Assembly: GCA_001938485.1 (NCBI GenBank)
Contig: MQRK01208173.1
Span: forward strand, 4,719 to 68,718
Length of the DNA: 64,000 nucleotides
DNA from: Girardia tigrina
Taxonomy: Eukaryota
Direction: 5' to 3'
Shown piece after piece: positions 24,932 through 39,200 of this stretch (its first letter is position 1; each line of letters opens with the position of its first letter). The notes beneath the pieces are model-generated. The model worked only from the letters and a program-made list of their open reading frames with translations, was not told where the DNA came from and searched no databases. Position numbers and translations under genes: made by a program.

Positions 24932-25949
24932 CTAAAATAATATAAAATAAAAGAACATACATATTTCAACAATTTTTTACAAACAGTAAATTAGAGAAGC
25001 TTTCAACATTTGATCCGCTTCTAATAACGGTAATTTTATCGTTGAACCTAATCGTCTTATATTTCTATCTTCGATTTTATTTACAAATATTTTATTTAAT
25101 ATTATGTCTCTTTTTAATGAAAAAGAATATTTATTTTGCATTTAAATATTCTTTATATAGTGTGTTTTTTTACAAATATCATTCAAATTAAATTCAATCC
25201 AAAAGATGTTCTGCAACATTCTTTATTTTCCTATGAATACATTCAAGAACAATATTTTGACCTTTACTAAATGACTGACAGAAAACGGAACTTTCTTATC
25301 TTCGAGTGTAGTAAATGTATTTTATGAATGTTCTGATTATACAAAATAAACTGTAAACGTTTAAAACACAAATTAAAAAGGAAAATAAAGTTCGACTGGG
25401 AAATTCCAACAATTTTATTGATTCGGAGTCAAGATTTCGAATCCAAAACTCAAACTACTTGTCCGATCGAGCCGGTATAGTGGTATAATGACCGGTCAAT
25501 TAAGAAGAGTATTTCGGTATATGTTTCAACGCGGTCCAACTGTAAAATAACCGTAGAATAACGAACGAATCGATCTGGCTCAAATTACTGATTCGGATAT
25601 CCAGGTCTTTGAAGGTGTTTTTCAAACCTGAAACTGTAGAAAAGTTATTTTTTTCCACGGAAAAGAGTAAGACATTCTGAGTCAGAAAACATGTTTTTCA
25701 AATTCCTCATGAAAAGGATATGACTAAACATTTATAATTAAAAAAATATTTTTTACGAATAAAATACAGAACAATCATAAAGTTACGACAAATAGAAAAA
25801 AAACATAAATTTTAATTTTGTTTTTTCTATTTAATTTATAATAACATTAGAAAATAATCGTAAAAACATTTTTTAGAATAAATAGTTTTTTAATTGATTC
25901 AGGTTTTGTCGTTGAGATTACGCAAATATGCGAAATTTCTTATTTTTTC

Positions 25950-26035
25950 TTTAGACCTTAGCCATTGGGCCTCGGCTGCACCCAATTATGCACAAGCCTT
26001 CGCCAAATCTCTCTTCAATTTTCTCTCTCTGATCA
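25950..26035 (-). mobile_element. RTE LINE 3'-end fragment
   Basis: Reverse-complement similarity to 24170-24250 (cgaaggcttgtg..aattgggtgc.gccga.gccca). Confidence 0.6.
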
Positions 26036-27469
26036 AAAGTTTTTATTTGTATCTAAATTAATAATGTTTGAGTTAATTTACAAAATATTATTTACGTTTT
26101 CTGTACGACAGTCAAACGCTCGAATTGTTACTTATTTTTGCTCAATTGGAACAGTTTACTCTCTTTACCGTTGCAATGACGACGACTCAAGAGGTATAGC
26201 TGAAAAACATTCAGGATGAAGGCAGTTCTTCATTCTAGTTTTTTTCTTCTTTCAAAACTTTTTTTTTCTTTTTCATTCCTTGATCCCGATTCTCGTGGTG
26301 GATAGGTTCAGTTTATGCGAAATCTATTGTTTGATTTATATGAAAACAAGCTTTGTTAAAATACTACTTAGCGGTAAGATAAATGATATTGTTCCAAGAA
26401 AATCAAGAGGCTAGCTGTTAATGCAGAAGAAATGGATTTTGAACTTTTATATGATACTGTGAATAAGAATCTGTGTTGAAAGGAAAAAAGAAAACTTTAA
26501 TAATTATGAACACATGTACTTCTTTTGGAGGATGTGCTAGGCACCACTCTCATCTAAGATCATTTCCTTTAGAAACAGTTATCTAGTCAGAAAATGTTTA
26601 TCAAGAGGATGTGTATCACGAATGCTTATAAAAAGAATAGAAATTGTGCTTAAAAATCGACAATATTTATATTCTCTAATTATTAACAGAGGAAGTTTAT
26701 CAGATTCATCTATAGTACCGAAATGATCGCATTACTTGAATACATACGTAAGTGTTTCATCTGTTTCGGCTTAAAGTGTTTCATGAATTCATTTGCTTTT
26801 TTCGCATCATAATAACCTTGACTATAATGATAGATACTTTTAGTACCATGGATTTCAGGATTTATTTGCATCATCGAAATCGAGTCAGTAGTAAGATTTT
26901 CTTGCTTAGGTTTGCTAGTAATTGAACCTGTTTATCTGTGTAGTGACCCAAAATTAAATATTATTATTTATAAAAATATTTATATATTAAAATTCTATAT
27001 TATTATTTAAAAAAACATGATTATAGAATTATCATCGGTTTTAATGACAAATGATATTTTATGATAACAATTGGTTTGTCCGGATCACTTTTTATTTGGT
27101 AAAAAAATTAAAATTCAAAAATAAATTTTCTTCTTGATCGTATTTTCTTTTATAATGAAATTAAACTCTGGAATTATCCGTTGAGTCATCTCTAACACTA
27201 TAATCTGCTTTATACAAATCTTTCAATATTTGTGTCGTTACATCATATTCCATTTGCAATGTAAACTTGTTTCACATTTGTGTTTTCCTCAGTGAAGTTT
27301 ATAATTTCTAACATTTGTACAAAAAATTTATGAACGCGCAGTCTCTTGCTGGGAGATACATGTTGCTATAAGGTTATTCAAAAACAATTTTAAAAATGTA
27401 AGAAATATTATAAAATATTTATTAAAATAACAAAAGGAAAATTAATAAGTTTTTTTCAGGTAGGTATTA

Positions 27470-28165
27470 TTTAATAGTTCATAATAAATTACACCCTTCT
27501 GGTCCCACCAAACGCAGAGCATTGTCTTTCTGCCAAAGCGATTTGGTCTGACTGTCGATGTGGATGGCGTACCCGGTTCTACCCATGATCTTTATCGTTT
27601 AGGATTATCAAAATAAATCCACTTTTCGTCCCCAGTAACGATGCGATGGAAAAATGACTTCTTTTTGTATCGTGCAAGCAAGATTTCACAAGTGGTNNNN
27701 NNNNNNNNNNNNNNNNNNNNNNNNNNNNNNNNNNNNNNNNNNNNNNNNNNNNNNNNNNNNNNNNNNNNNNNNNNNNNNNNNNNNNNNNNNNNNNNNNNNN
27801 NNNNNNNNNNNNNNNNNNNNNNNNNNNNNNNNNNNNNNNNNNNNNNNNNNNNNNNNNNNNNNNNNNNNNNNNNNNNNNNNNNNNNNNNNNNNNNNNNNNN
27901 NNNNNNNNNNNNTATCTTGCGATGGGGCATATTCACCATAAGCTTCTTGGAGTAATCGGTATGATTCAGCAGCAGTTTTCTTTAGATGTTAACAAAAAAT
28001 TAGTACCGTCCGCGAATGCTCCCTGCTTGGCATAAATTTGGACATCTAAAACACAGCTTGTTGTGTTATAAAAAAAATCCCTTTTGGAATTAGTTTTCTT
28101 TGTCAGGCCGGGTACATATTGAATGCATCCTGCATAACATACCATTTTGGTCTTGAGTACACATC
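27470..28165 (-). mobile_element. Truncated mariner (mauritiana/Mos1-like), spanning gap 27697-27912
   Basis: MSKFMPSREHSRTVLIFCxHLKKTAAESYRLL and HRIVTGDEKWIYFDNPKR...TMLCVWWDQKGVIYYELL. Confidence 0.88.
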
Positions 28166-29462
28166 ATTAAAAGCAAATGTCTGTTGTAAAAATTTTATAA
28201 AAATAAGAATTTTCTCATGTATTTTAATAAAAAGGTACAAAACCCAAAACATTTTTGAAGGAACGACTACCTATCTAAACCGGCTTCGTATCGATCGAAA
28301 CCGATTGTAAAAAAATAATTTAATAAACATTTATAAAGTATATTTAAATTAATTATAAAACTGTGCAATCAATCCATCCTGCTTCCTTATTTGATTTTAC
28401 GGATGTATTTTTATTTTCAGATTAAAAAAACAAAATATTCATAAATAAAAAACTTGAAAATTTTTTAATTTTGCAAACCAAAAACTTCAATATTAAAATA
28501 AAAAGGAAAATATTTAAAATTTTTCAAGGAAACAAATATAAATAAATTTTATTTATTCCTTTTATAACTAAATAAGTTTGGGTATTTTGTTTTAATTAAT
28601 TATCCAAATAATGTTACACTCGGATCACAATTCCGACCTAACCTAAATTTTAATAAAATTAAGCTTCTTTTCCTTTAATTATTACAAATTTTAATTAATT
28701 AATCTAAAATAAATATTGTAGCAAAAGACATGAGCTGTGTATAGAGCATAATAAAGGGAATCATTACATTATATTAGGAAATTTTGTGTTAATTAGACTG
28801 AATTTAATTAATACAGAAACAAATATCAAAAGAAATCTTTGTTAAAATGAGAATATTTTCTATAACTTTCAGATTGATGATCTTTTTTTAGGTATTTCAT
28901 AAGTTGTCTTAAGAAAATAATATTTAATAAATAATATTTCTAGAATTAATATTCTAAATAATTACAAAAAAGTTCGCGGACTTTTAATAAAGTAATAACA
29001 AATTCAAAAAGTTTAAAAAATATTCCTCACACCCGCAAAGGAATTCGGAATTTCCACAGAAATATTTTACATAATTATACAAACAAACTTAAAAGGTTGT
29101 AAAAATGTTATTCGTCAGAATTCACATTCTTTTTGAAAATCCTGATAACTAAAAGTAAAAGTTTACAAATGTAGTGGCTGCATATAACTCTATTCCTGAA
29201 AAAAATGTAATTGACATAAAAATGAGCAAAATCATTTCTTTTAAAGCCTTTAAAGCAGTGTCGGGCAACCTTTATAACACATTTTATGCCTAACATCTTG
29301 GGAGAGCGTCTCTCCGAATATTTTCCCGTCTATCTCCCGGCGGTTGAATTTCTTAACTTTACAATTCGAACTCTCGGCGACTTTGATTGATTTTTGACAG
29401 ACACTGATCGGTTCAATTTCAAATCCGACTATTGTGTATTTTCCATTTTCGTCATTTTTATT

Positions 29463-29897
29463 TTAGGTGAATCCAAGACGAAATCCGTGCTCGTATTGAG
29501 TGACTTGTCCGATTGTGTAGCCAGTCACCACAGGAAGATTGTCCACCAGCAGATTAACGGAATGTGAGTTCTCGATCTGCTTGTGGAATTGCCCGACTCC
29601 GACTTGCTAAGAGTGATGGCATCACATACGATCTAGCAAACGGTCTTCTCGAGCATCTTGATCCGATAGGGCGTGTTCACAATGCGCTCCCCGTGCAAGA
29701 TCTCGCCCAGATTCTCCGACGAGTACATGAGGCCTTCTTTCGACTTGCAGAATCGAAGCGAATAATACGCGTACGACAATTTTGTCTTTAGACTCATCAA
29801 TTTTACCGCCTTGACGTCAACGTTATCACCTTCCGCGAATTGGACGGGAAAAACGCCCGGATGTCATCAGAAACAAGAGAAAGAGAACGGGAATCAT
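29463..29897 (-). pseudogene. TM9SF4/TM9SF2-like (nonaspanin/EMP70) 5' gene fragment
   Basis: MIPVLFLLFLMTS / PGVFPVQFAEGDNVDVKAVKLMSLKTKLSYAYYSLRFC / SENLGEILHGERIVNTPY / NLLVDNLPV...QYEHGFRLGFT. Matches TM9SF hallmark motifs; 3 frameshifts and 1 internal stop. Confidence 0.9.
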
Positions 29898-31463
29898 TTA
29901 TTCAAATGAGCGGTTTTCTAGAGTTATTTCTTAGAGTTTTCCGTTTGAAAAGCAGTGAAGTAAGAGGAATTCAAATAATGTTTATTTATTAAAAACAAGA
30001 AACCCATTAACAGATAGACTTCTCATCCAAGTAGCAAAGATACAAAAAGTGTTATTCCCCCCATCTATATATATATATATATATATATGATTATATTGCA
30101 ATCCACTATACATTAATTATTATCACCTTTATCCACAACAGATGAATTAATATCGTATTTACTGTTATTAATTTGGCATCAGACAAATTACTTTTCATCT
30201 GACTAATTATTATAATGATTTTCTGTTCACCACTAGTTATTATTTTCATGTTTCGGTTTTATTTCTAATTTGTCAAACAATTTGATCCACTACTGGATTT
30301 CTGGCCCTTACAAACTTATCTTACTACTTATGAAACAATTGTCATTGTATTGTCTCGTTTGAAATTATACTTTTATTTTTACTAACGAATCATTATTTAG
30401 TAATTCCGAATTTAAAATGAAATAGTAGTAAATATTGCTGGCTGTTATTTATCACGGACAAGATTATCTACTAATACTTCTATTATTTCATTGGTGTACA
30501 GAATATCCATTTAGTTCTGATAGAAGGTCATGGCAACCTATCAACCTTAAAAATCGTTTTATTATTATTTATTGATTCATAATTTAAATTCTTATATTTA
30601 TGATCAATAATATAAATAATAAGAATAATAACTCAGTCTACATCTATTCAGAAATTCGATGTCAGAATCTGAAACATTTTTCCAAAAACGTAATACAAAC
30701 TCAATTAAATTAGGTTAAGAAGAAAAGTAATTTATCCTAAGACTCAAACTCTGTCCGTATATAAATCTTAATTTAAAATAAACGAAGCGTAAATTTTATA
30801 TTCAAATGCATTTCTAGCAGTGTAGTTGAGCTAAACGGGTCAGTTGAGCACAATTAATTCATTATCCACATTCTAATCAAATGAGTATTTCTTTTCCTAT
30901 TGACTCACAAAATAAATCATGTGTAAATAAATATTAAATTTTCATAATTAAAAATATTGAATTAATAATTTTTATTTTTATTAAATTTCCTCTGTTTCTT
31001 TGAAAAAAATGTTTTATTAGGATTTTATTGAAAAAAATGAATAATTAATAAACTCACAGATAAAACTCAAAACTTAATAATAAATATTCTCGCGAGTAAT
31101 AAAGATTTATGGCACTTCTTACTTGCAAACAAAATGATGTGAGAATGTTTAATATTCGTAAGAAATAATACTAAATGAGGATTTGTTCCGAAAACACTCT
31201 TACTTCTGGTTTCGAAAAGATGACTCTCAGTAAATATGAGCAATATTAATTTAGATTTTCGTTGCGTCTATAAACAACAATATTTGTCCGTCTTTCCGTC
31301 AATCCGTCAGTGAATTATTGAAAGATTCTCCATAAAATGTAAATTTTTTGTATAGGATTGACAAATGAATTATTATTATCTAAAATATTCGTTATTATAG
31401 TGAGATACGTTATTACTCATTACTTGAAGGACCTTTATTCTTGTAAAATATTTATGATTTATA

Positions 31464-32041
31464 TGACTCGGCTAATTTCGTGATATTAAGAGATAATTTT
31501 GATTTTTTATACAGAAAATTAAAACATAGATATTAGAATATTATATAAGAGCATAGGTACAAGATTCGTCCATAAATATATAATGTCAACTTTGCAAATT
31601 TCTTTTAGGTTTCGAAGTTATAGACCTAGAAGCAAACTAGGTTCTGTATGTCTAACTTCGTGATATTACGGCTAACTTCGTGATAATGAAAGTCTAATTC
31701 CGTGATAATATATTTTCAGAAAGGCTAACTCCGTGATAATTTTTTTAAATTATTAACAAAACATTTTTTTACAATAACAGAAATATGTTATTAGCAACAG
31801 GGCACGGCCTTTTCGATTTAATAAGAATTAACAAAATTATGAATAAAAATTATACACTATTTTGTGTGTTTACTATGTTATTATCAAAAACTTACAGCAG
31901 CGTTTCTTTTTGTTAGTAGAACAATTTACTGTAACAGATAAAGCAACAAAAAATGGTCTAAAGAACTGGTGTTACATTTTGCATTAGTTTTACTTAAGCT
32001 ATCACGAATTTAGCCGTGTCACGGAGAAAGCCGAGTCTCCC
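31464..32041. mobile_element. Non-autonomous TIR element
   Basis: gactcggcta.tttcgtgata at left, its inverted form tatcacgaatttagccg...gccgagtctccc at right, and internal repeats of ctaacttcgtgata. Confidence 0.5.
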
Positions 32042-33077
32042 CTAGATAATTTCATTCTTAATAATTAAATAATCTTTATTAAAATGAAACGTGAATATAT
32101 ATACATATTTAGAGAAGTGGTTAAAATTAGAATTATTAAAACATCCACAAATAAAAATTGGTTTGTTTAAATAAGTATTACTGAAATCGGTGCAAAATTT
32201 ATCGCATATTTTTTTCAGTATCACAATATTTTGAGTTTATTCTAAATTTAGAAGAATTCAAAGAAATTAATGCGACAAATGTCGTTCCTAACAACGTTTT
32301 TGACTTTGAAGGAGTTTTCGTTATTGCACACACACACACGCATATATATATATATATATATATATATANNNNNNNNNNNNNNNNNNNNNNNNNNNNNNNN
32401 NNNNNNNNNNNNNNNNNNNNNNNNNNNNNNNNNNNNNNNNNNNNNNNNNNNNNNNNNNNNNNNNNNNNNNNNNNNNNNNNNNNNNNNNNNNNNNNNNNNN
32501 NNNNNNNNNNNNNNNNNNNNNNNNNNNNNNNNNNNNNNNNNNNNNNNNNNNNNNNNNNNNNNNNNNNNNNNNNNNNNNNNNNNNNNNNNNNNNNNNNNNN
32601 NNNNNNNNNNNNNNNNNNNNNNNNNNNNNNNNNNNNNNNNNNNNNNNNNNNNNNNNNNNNNNNNNNNNNNNNNNNNNNNNNNNNNNNNNNNNNNNNNNNN
32701 NNNNNNNNNNNNNNNNNNNNNNNNNNNNTGACTGAAATGCCTGACCAAATGGAAATCTGAGAGAACGTTGTGTTCTCTCAACTGTACCAGGTTTGACACT
32801 GGGGACACTCAGCATAATAACACATTTGGCCAATGCAAAACAATCTCACACCGACAAAATACATTTTGTTTTGAATTCCTTCGTTCTTTTCAAGTTGTTC
32901 AAAAAGTGATTGATTTTAACGTCAGAATATACACAGAATATTGTAATTGGAAAATTGTATTGTAATTGGAAATTTGTATTTGGAAAGAATTACTTGTAAT
33001 GTATTATTGATTCTTTGTTGAAAATATTTAATAAGTCATTACGCAAGATGTTTACATAATCATCAATTTGCTATATA

Positions 33078-33303
33078 TTAGGTCTACGGAAAGTTCTACC
33101 CGTTTCTTTCACCAAATGTTCCGACACGTCGGCATCAAAAGATCAAATATTTTACAAAAATGGGATAAAAAAATTGCCTTCGCGCTGGAAAGATGTCGTC
33201 AATCATGATATCAATTATATTATTTAATAAAATTTATTGACGGTAAGAAAAATTTGTATTTTGTTTTATTCCAAAAACGGACAGAACTTTCCGGTAGACG
33301 TTA
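33078..33303 (+). mobile_element. Internally deleted mariner (MITE-like)
   Basis: TIRs ttaggtctacggaaagttct / agaactttccggtagac. Retains the transposase C-terminus FYKNGIKKLPSRWKDVV. Confidence 0.8.
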
Positions 33304-33330
33304 TATAAGACAGTAAATTTGTTGTTAATT

Positions 33331-33370
33331 CAGCCTGACGATGGTGCAATATCCAGAGAAATATATTATT
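33331..33370 (+). ncRNA. Degenerate hammerhead motif
   Basis: CTGACGA tgg-tgcaatat-cca ga GAAA tata TT. Confidence 0.35.
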
Positions 33371-35599
33371 ATTATTACTATTAATATTATTATTTAGTTT
33401 AAAATCTAAAGTTATATAAAGAAATAATTTAAAACTTCTTTCAATTTGAAGCTGAAAAAGGTATTATAACTAACTAATAATTTAAGAAAATAACTATAAT
33501 TCTGAAGCGCAAATTATAATTATTAATGTTATGGAATATATTTTTTACTATTCAACAAATGTATTTTTATTTGATTAGAAGAACCTGAAAAAAGTTTTTT
33601 TTGTTTTATATATAATTAAATATTTTAAAAAAAATTTAATATATTTTCTTTATATATTTTTTTTAAAAATTAATTACGGATATTTTTTTATTGTTATTCA
33701 ATAAAGATATTAATAAATCCATAAATATCACTTAGTATTTATTACATGTTACTTCAAAGTTTTATATTTAAATATTATTTAATAATATACAAAGTCATTT
33801 AATACAAAATTTAAACTATGGATAAATAAATGGAGTGTTTATTTATACAAAGTTTTTTGACGTGGGACAATTTATTTTTACTTCTTAAATTCCAACCATA
33901 ATTCAAAGGATTCTTGTCATATCCTTCTTGGAAACAATATGTTTTACCTTCTCGAACATCATCATTAAATACTTTTATTGTTATTTTTAGTTTTATAATA
34001 ACTGATTATTTAATAAATCTCTTCGATGTTATTTGAGTTAGCTTAAGTAAATAATCCATTTTATCTCTTCGTTTCACCATTTTACTTATTTATGATATTT
34101 AAATAAATATTTATCCAGAATCGTTCGTGACATTCTGAAATATGATCGTCGAGTCTTTGGATAATATTCAGTTTTCGTCACAACCAAATCTTAATTCTCC
34201 ATTGTAACAAATACAAAATATAAATAAAATGTGATAACAATTTTTAATTTAAAAGAAGATTTTTTTATGGAATTCTACTAATAGAAGAAAGATATTATAT
34301 TTTTTTATTTTGTTATCATATTATTATCATTATTATTATTTATAGTTTTATATTTTTAATTAATTAAGTTTTTATTTACGTCCTCACTTGATTCAAGAAA
34401 AATTTTTGAAAGTTTTTAAATTTGTACCAAAACATAAATTTTAAAACAAATTTTAAATTCTTAATCTTTGTCAAACTAATAATTAATAGTAATATCAAAA
34501 ATAATAATTTATTTTATTAAGTATAAAATAAATTTTGTTTCTGCTGTGACCAGGTAAAATAATTTATTTTTAATTTATTTCACTATTAATAAGGTCGTTG
34601 CTCAAATATGTATCCAAAAACGTATCTACATATGTATCTATTTGAATCTATATGTATCTTTATATTTGAATCCAAAGTTTGTGAGCATATCGACTCATTT
34701 TTGTAAATTTCTTGATAACAAATTATGAAGTCAATTCCACTTCAAGCAGCTTTGAAACTTTTGAAGTTTTCACAATCATCAAAGAAAAAATTATATTTCT
34801 TTAGATATAAATTAAATTACTTTAGGAACACTATTGACAAATTCTTGCTTTGATTTAACACTCAATCCTCAAAAAAGTTTTTCCAAAAAAATCTTTTAAA
34901 TATTCTTATTTTAAGTGAAACTTTTATCCTTAAAATATTTTTTAAATTATTTATATATAAATACATATATTTATATATATGTTTATATAATTTGAAATTT
35001 TTAGAATAGATATTTGTTAAAGTATTTTTTTGATCACCATCTTCGATCACTTTTAGAAACTGTGGAAATTTTATTTTAAAAATATTTAATGCTGACGCTA
35101 CTTTACTTTTCAAATGGTTATTGTGTCTTGTTAACAATGATTCACAACCTCTAGATTTGTGAATCCAAATTCTTCTTAAGAATAGAAACCTAATCTTTTC
35201 AAATTAAAGAAGTTCTATCTTTGGAAAATCTGCAGTGATCAAGAACCTTCCTCAATATATTCGACTGTGATTACTAATCTAATCTCAACCAGCTTATACA
35301 GAGTTTTTATTAGCGTGATTTCATTCAAACGATCACACAATCATTATTTTTGCATTTCTATATATAGATTAATCAAATTTTTCATTAATGACCTGAGGAT
35401 GGATGGTTGATCCATCGAAATCTATTGTCTTTAAATACAGTTTTTAATAGATGATTTTTGTTTTTAATAAAAAACTTTTCGATCTGATTGAAGTTTATTC
35501 AGATACAATTTGTCCATCAAATTCGTATAAATTTTTGATGTTCTTAATGTGTATTTAAGATGACCGACAGGTTTACTATGAAAGCATTAGACGGCTTAA

Positions 35600-35990
35600 A
35601 GCAGGTTTAAGCTCGGATATTGTTTTGCAGGTAGTCTCAAATTGGCTCATAAAATTCATGAAATGTATTTTTAACCTTTTTAAGAATTCTCAGGGTTGCC
35701 AAGGGCAAGGGTTAGGTAACTATGGAGTCGAGTCAATCACAATGTATTCATTGAACTTCTGTGACACCCTCCATACTCACCAGACCCAGCCCCAGATGAC
35801 TACCATTTCTTCCTAAATTTGAAATTGAATTTCGAAGATGCTGTAAAATGGCTTTCTGGGAATTCAAATATTCTTGCCCAACAAATTTTTATTCAAATGG
35901 CCTCAACAAACTGCAGCTCAAATGACAAAAATGTGTTGATAATATTAATGCATAACTTGATGAATTACATCAATATTTGTATTGGTAAAT
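35600..35990 (+). mobile_element. Mariner transposase C-terminal relic
   Basis: HPPYSPDPAPDDYHFFLNLK motif. Confidence 0.7.
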
Positions 35991-36187
35991 AATCAGTAAA
36001 CTTTGACTTAAGTACTACAAATTTCGTACTTGACGACCTATTACAACAAAATATAACATTGATGAAAAAGGTACTGAAAAGTAGTTTAATAAGGATAAAT
36101 AGTTTGAGTCATCTAAGAATATAAATCAGATGGCTTTCGAATGGGTAATATTAATAATTATAGTTTTACTTTCATTCATTATTTGTT

Positions 36188-36228
36188 TGGTCTGATGATG
36201 GCGGATGATTCGTCGAAATAAATCGCGT
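36188..36228 (+). ncRNA. Minimal hammerhead motif
   Basis: CTGATGA t GGCGGA-tga-TTCGTC GAAA taaa TC. Core intact, stem I weak. Confidence 0.55.
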
Positions 36229-39200
36229 TTTTCATATAAATCTTTTTGAGGTTTACCATAATTTTTATATGAATAAAGATTATTAAATACTTTAAATTTT
36301 AAGTACCCTTTGACGAGTTGCCCTGCATTTGTGTAATATAATTCTCGGGTTTCAACGAATTTAAAATGGTTTCGATCAGTTGATTTTATGTAACCTTTTT
36401 ATGTATAATGAACATATAAGAATAAAAATATATTTGAATAACATATTTGTGGATTATGAATATTGCAAAAAATTCCAATATCTTATTATAAGCCTCTGTA
36501 AGTAGTTATATTCCTATATAAACCTTTTTTAATTTAGACTTTTATCGATCTTCTTTTAAATCTTCATTTACTTTTGGCCAGGATTTCACTGCCAAAGTTG
36601 AAATAAACCACAGAAATATAATATAATGTATTTACATGTTTATTAAAAAATAAATAAATAAATTATATAATATTCATCTTCTTTTAATTTTAATTGTTTT
36701 AATTTGATAAGAGGAATATTAATGATTGATAAGTTTATATAAATAAATTTTATAAGATAAAATAATCAATTTTAAAATAACAGCATTCCTTATGTTTTTG
36801 TATAAAAAGATTAGTAAAATGAGATTGAAATATCAATATTATTGTAGAATATAAAAATGTGTTTAGCATTTATTCTCTTTCAAACTCAAATGTCTTCCTC
36901 GATAAAACAGAAGAGTCGTAAAGGAGAATACTTTACAGAAAGAACACGGTCGTCATTAAACCGCTTCTGTCGCCGGGTGACCGGTCTTAATTCAATTATT
37001 ATATAATTTAAAAGATAAATACAAAAGGGGAAACAACCGTTCGAATGATGATTTCTGCGGTCAACATAAAATTGTAAATTTTTTATTTTCTATTTCTACC
37101 ATCATCTTTTCTAAAATTTGCAAATTAAAATTGCTTAATTTTAAAACGCTAAAAAAACCAGAATTAAACGCCTCATAATTTCAGATTGCACAGTGTTGTT
37201 TCATTTGTTATGGATGTTTTGTGATATTAAAATACCATTTAATTTTTAGATTATTTTCATTTATTTATTAAAATTAAAACAAACAACTTTTTCGATGTAT
37301 TATTTTACCCTTTACATTCGACTTGGACGAATTCATCACAGAAAATGAAAGATTACACCGAGATTAATTACGTGTGTGGACCTTAGAGAGTGAGTGTGAC
37401 TGTTACTGCAAATGTTGCGTTGTCTTTCTACGCCAGTACAATACAAACTTGCTAAACATATTAAAATTAATTCAAGCCATATTTTAACATTGGGTGCCCA
37501 GTCATTGATTAATAGATAAAGTTGGCACCCATCTAGAATATTCCATGGCGGGATATCAAATGTAGAATAGAATCATGTAAACAGTTCTGAGAGACATCAA
37601 TGAATTAATTGCATAAATCCATAATATAAGATGGAGGTACATACTTGACTTCATGAGGACATTCTTTATAAATAAAAAGAACCATTCACAAGACAGCTGT
37701 AAAATGTAGAGAGGAGAGTATATCGGCCACTCGACTGGTTCCATCCTAACCCTAACCAAAAAGTTCTTCAGTTCCGAAAATTTGTTCTGAAATGCCTGAT
37801 TATCATTGCATGTTGATTTACTATTTACCTTCTGTGTGTTACTGATATATTCATTTCCGCATTATGTGTAATTCCATCTTCCTCCACCTCCAGATGTAAC
37901 TGGTTTATCGGATAAATAAACTGTAGAGATAAACCTTATCCTTCTTTATCGCTCGCTCTCCCATTTTGACTCTTACTCTTTGCAGCAAGGCAAATAGACT
38001 GATTCATAAACTCTTTATTTTGACGATAATCACAGTTCCATTTCTATAGATCAAGTTGTGACTGTGCACGTGTACAGTGGTCAAACAGAGTTATTCATTG
38101 AAGGATGTCAACATTAAAAAAATATTTCCCGTCTGTTTTGAAAACGATGCATTTCAGAAAAATAGGTTTCCTTTTCACGACATTGTCAGAAAGTGGCTGC
38201 CGAGTAAAAAACTGTTAAAATATGGCCTGAAGTAATTCATACTTGTTCTTTAATTTTTACAAAATAACTCAGAATTTAAATGTGGTCAACTCTCCAATAA
38301 GTCCATTGCTTGAAATAATTCCTTCAAAACGTTTAATACAAATAATGAACTATTGGTAGCTGAAAGGTTTCTTATAAAATGTTATCCAAGTGTTTAATTG
38401 CAATGTTTAATTAGTTGCAATAGGTAAGTGAAATATATTTTTGTTCTTAACTTATGAAAAGAATGATAAAACAGAAAAGATTATTGTATTCATAGTAAAC
38501 AATTGATTTTAGGAAGAATATCTATTCTGAATAAAAAAAATATTTGGTTCAATGATCTAAATTAAAAAAAATATTCTAAGCTCAAAAACTTAATTCTTAT
38601 TAAGAACACTTTACTTTTTGATTTTCCGTTTTGCGACTCTAGATAGAATGAATTTAGCCAGTATTTTCATATTGGAGAGAGAATATTCAAATTTTGGAAG
38701 AGGTTGAATAAGATTCTTAAAAGGAGATATTTGGAAAGCCGTTCTTGAAGAAAGTACCTCTGGTTTATTCAAAATTACATATGTAATTTTAAAGTAATTC
38801 CATATCATAAAATAACTGTAATTTATAATTTAAACATAATTTATATGTTTAATAAATATGAGAAGAAATTATATTGTTTGAAGTTAATTTAAAATTCCAT
38901 ATACATACCATCATACGCTACCAGTTTTTCAAATCGATCAGGAAACACAAGGAATCACAGAAACAAGAAGATGAAATCCTGAACTTTTCGTATTCATACT
39001 TCGAGTTTTTCTATCTTTCTTGGTTTGGTTTAATAGACTGTGTCTTTCAACCAACCTCAATCAAATAAAAATCGCATGGTCCAAAGTCAGAACTTACAGC
39101 GGGTCATTCATGCAAATTTACTACGACTAATTGTCCCCCAGGAAATCGATAATTCAGCCATTCGCGAACAATGATTTTAAATATTGACGCAAGAACTGAG

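Noticed and set aside
24962-25060. Extra protocadherin exon upstream of exon 2
   Set aside because: Not needed, since exons 1 and 2 join in phase and complete the EC7 strand. No frame-compatible splice pair was found.
29564-29791. 75-aa plus-strand ORF
   Set aside because: Antisense shadow of the TM9SF fragment.
31640-31740. CRISPR-like or iteron array (ctaacttcgtgata repeats)
   Set aside because: Eukaryotic context, irregular spacing and no cas genes. These are transposon subterminal repeats.
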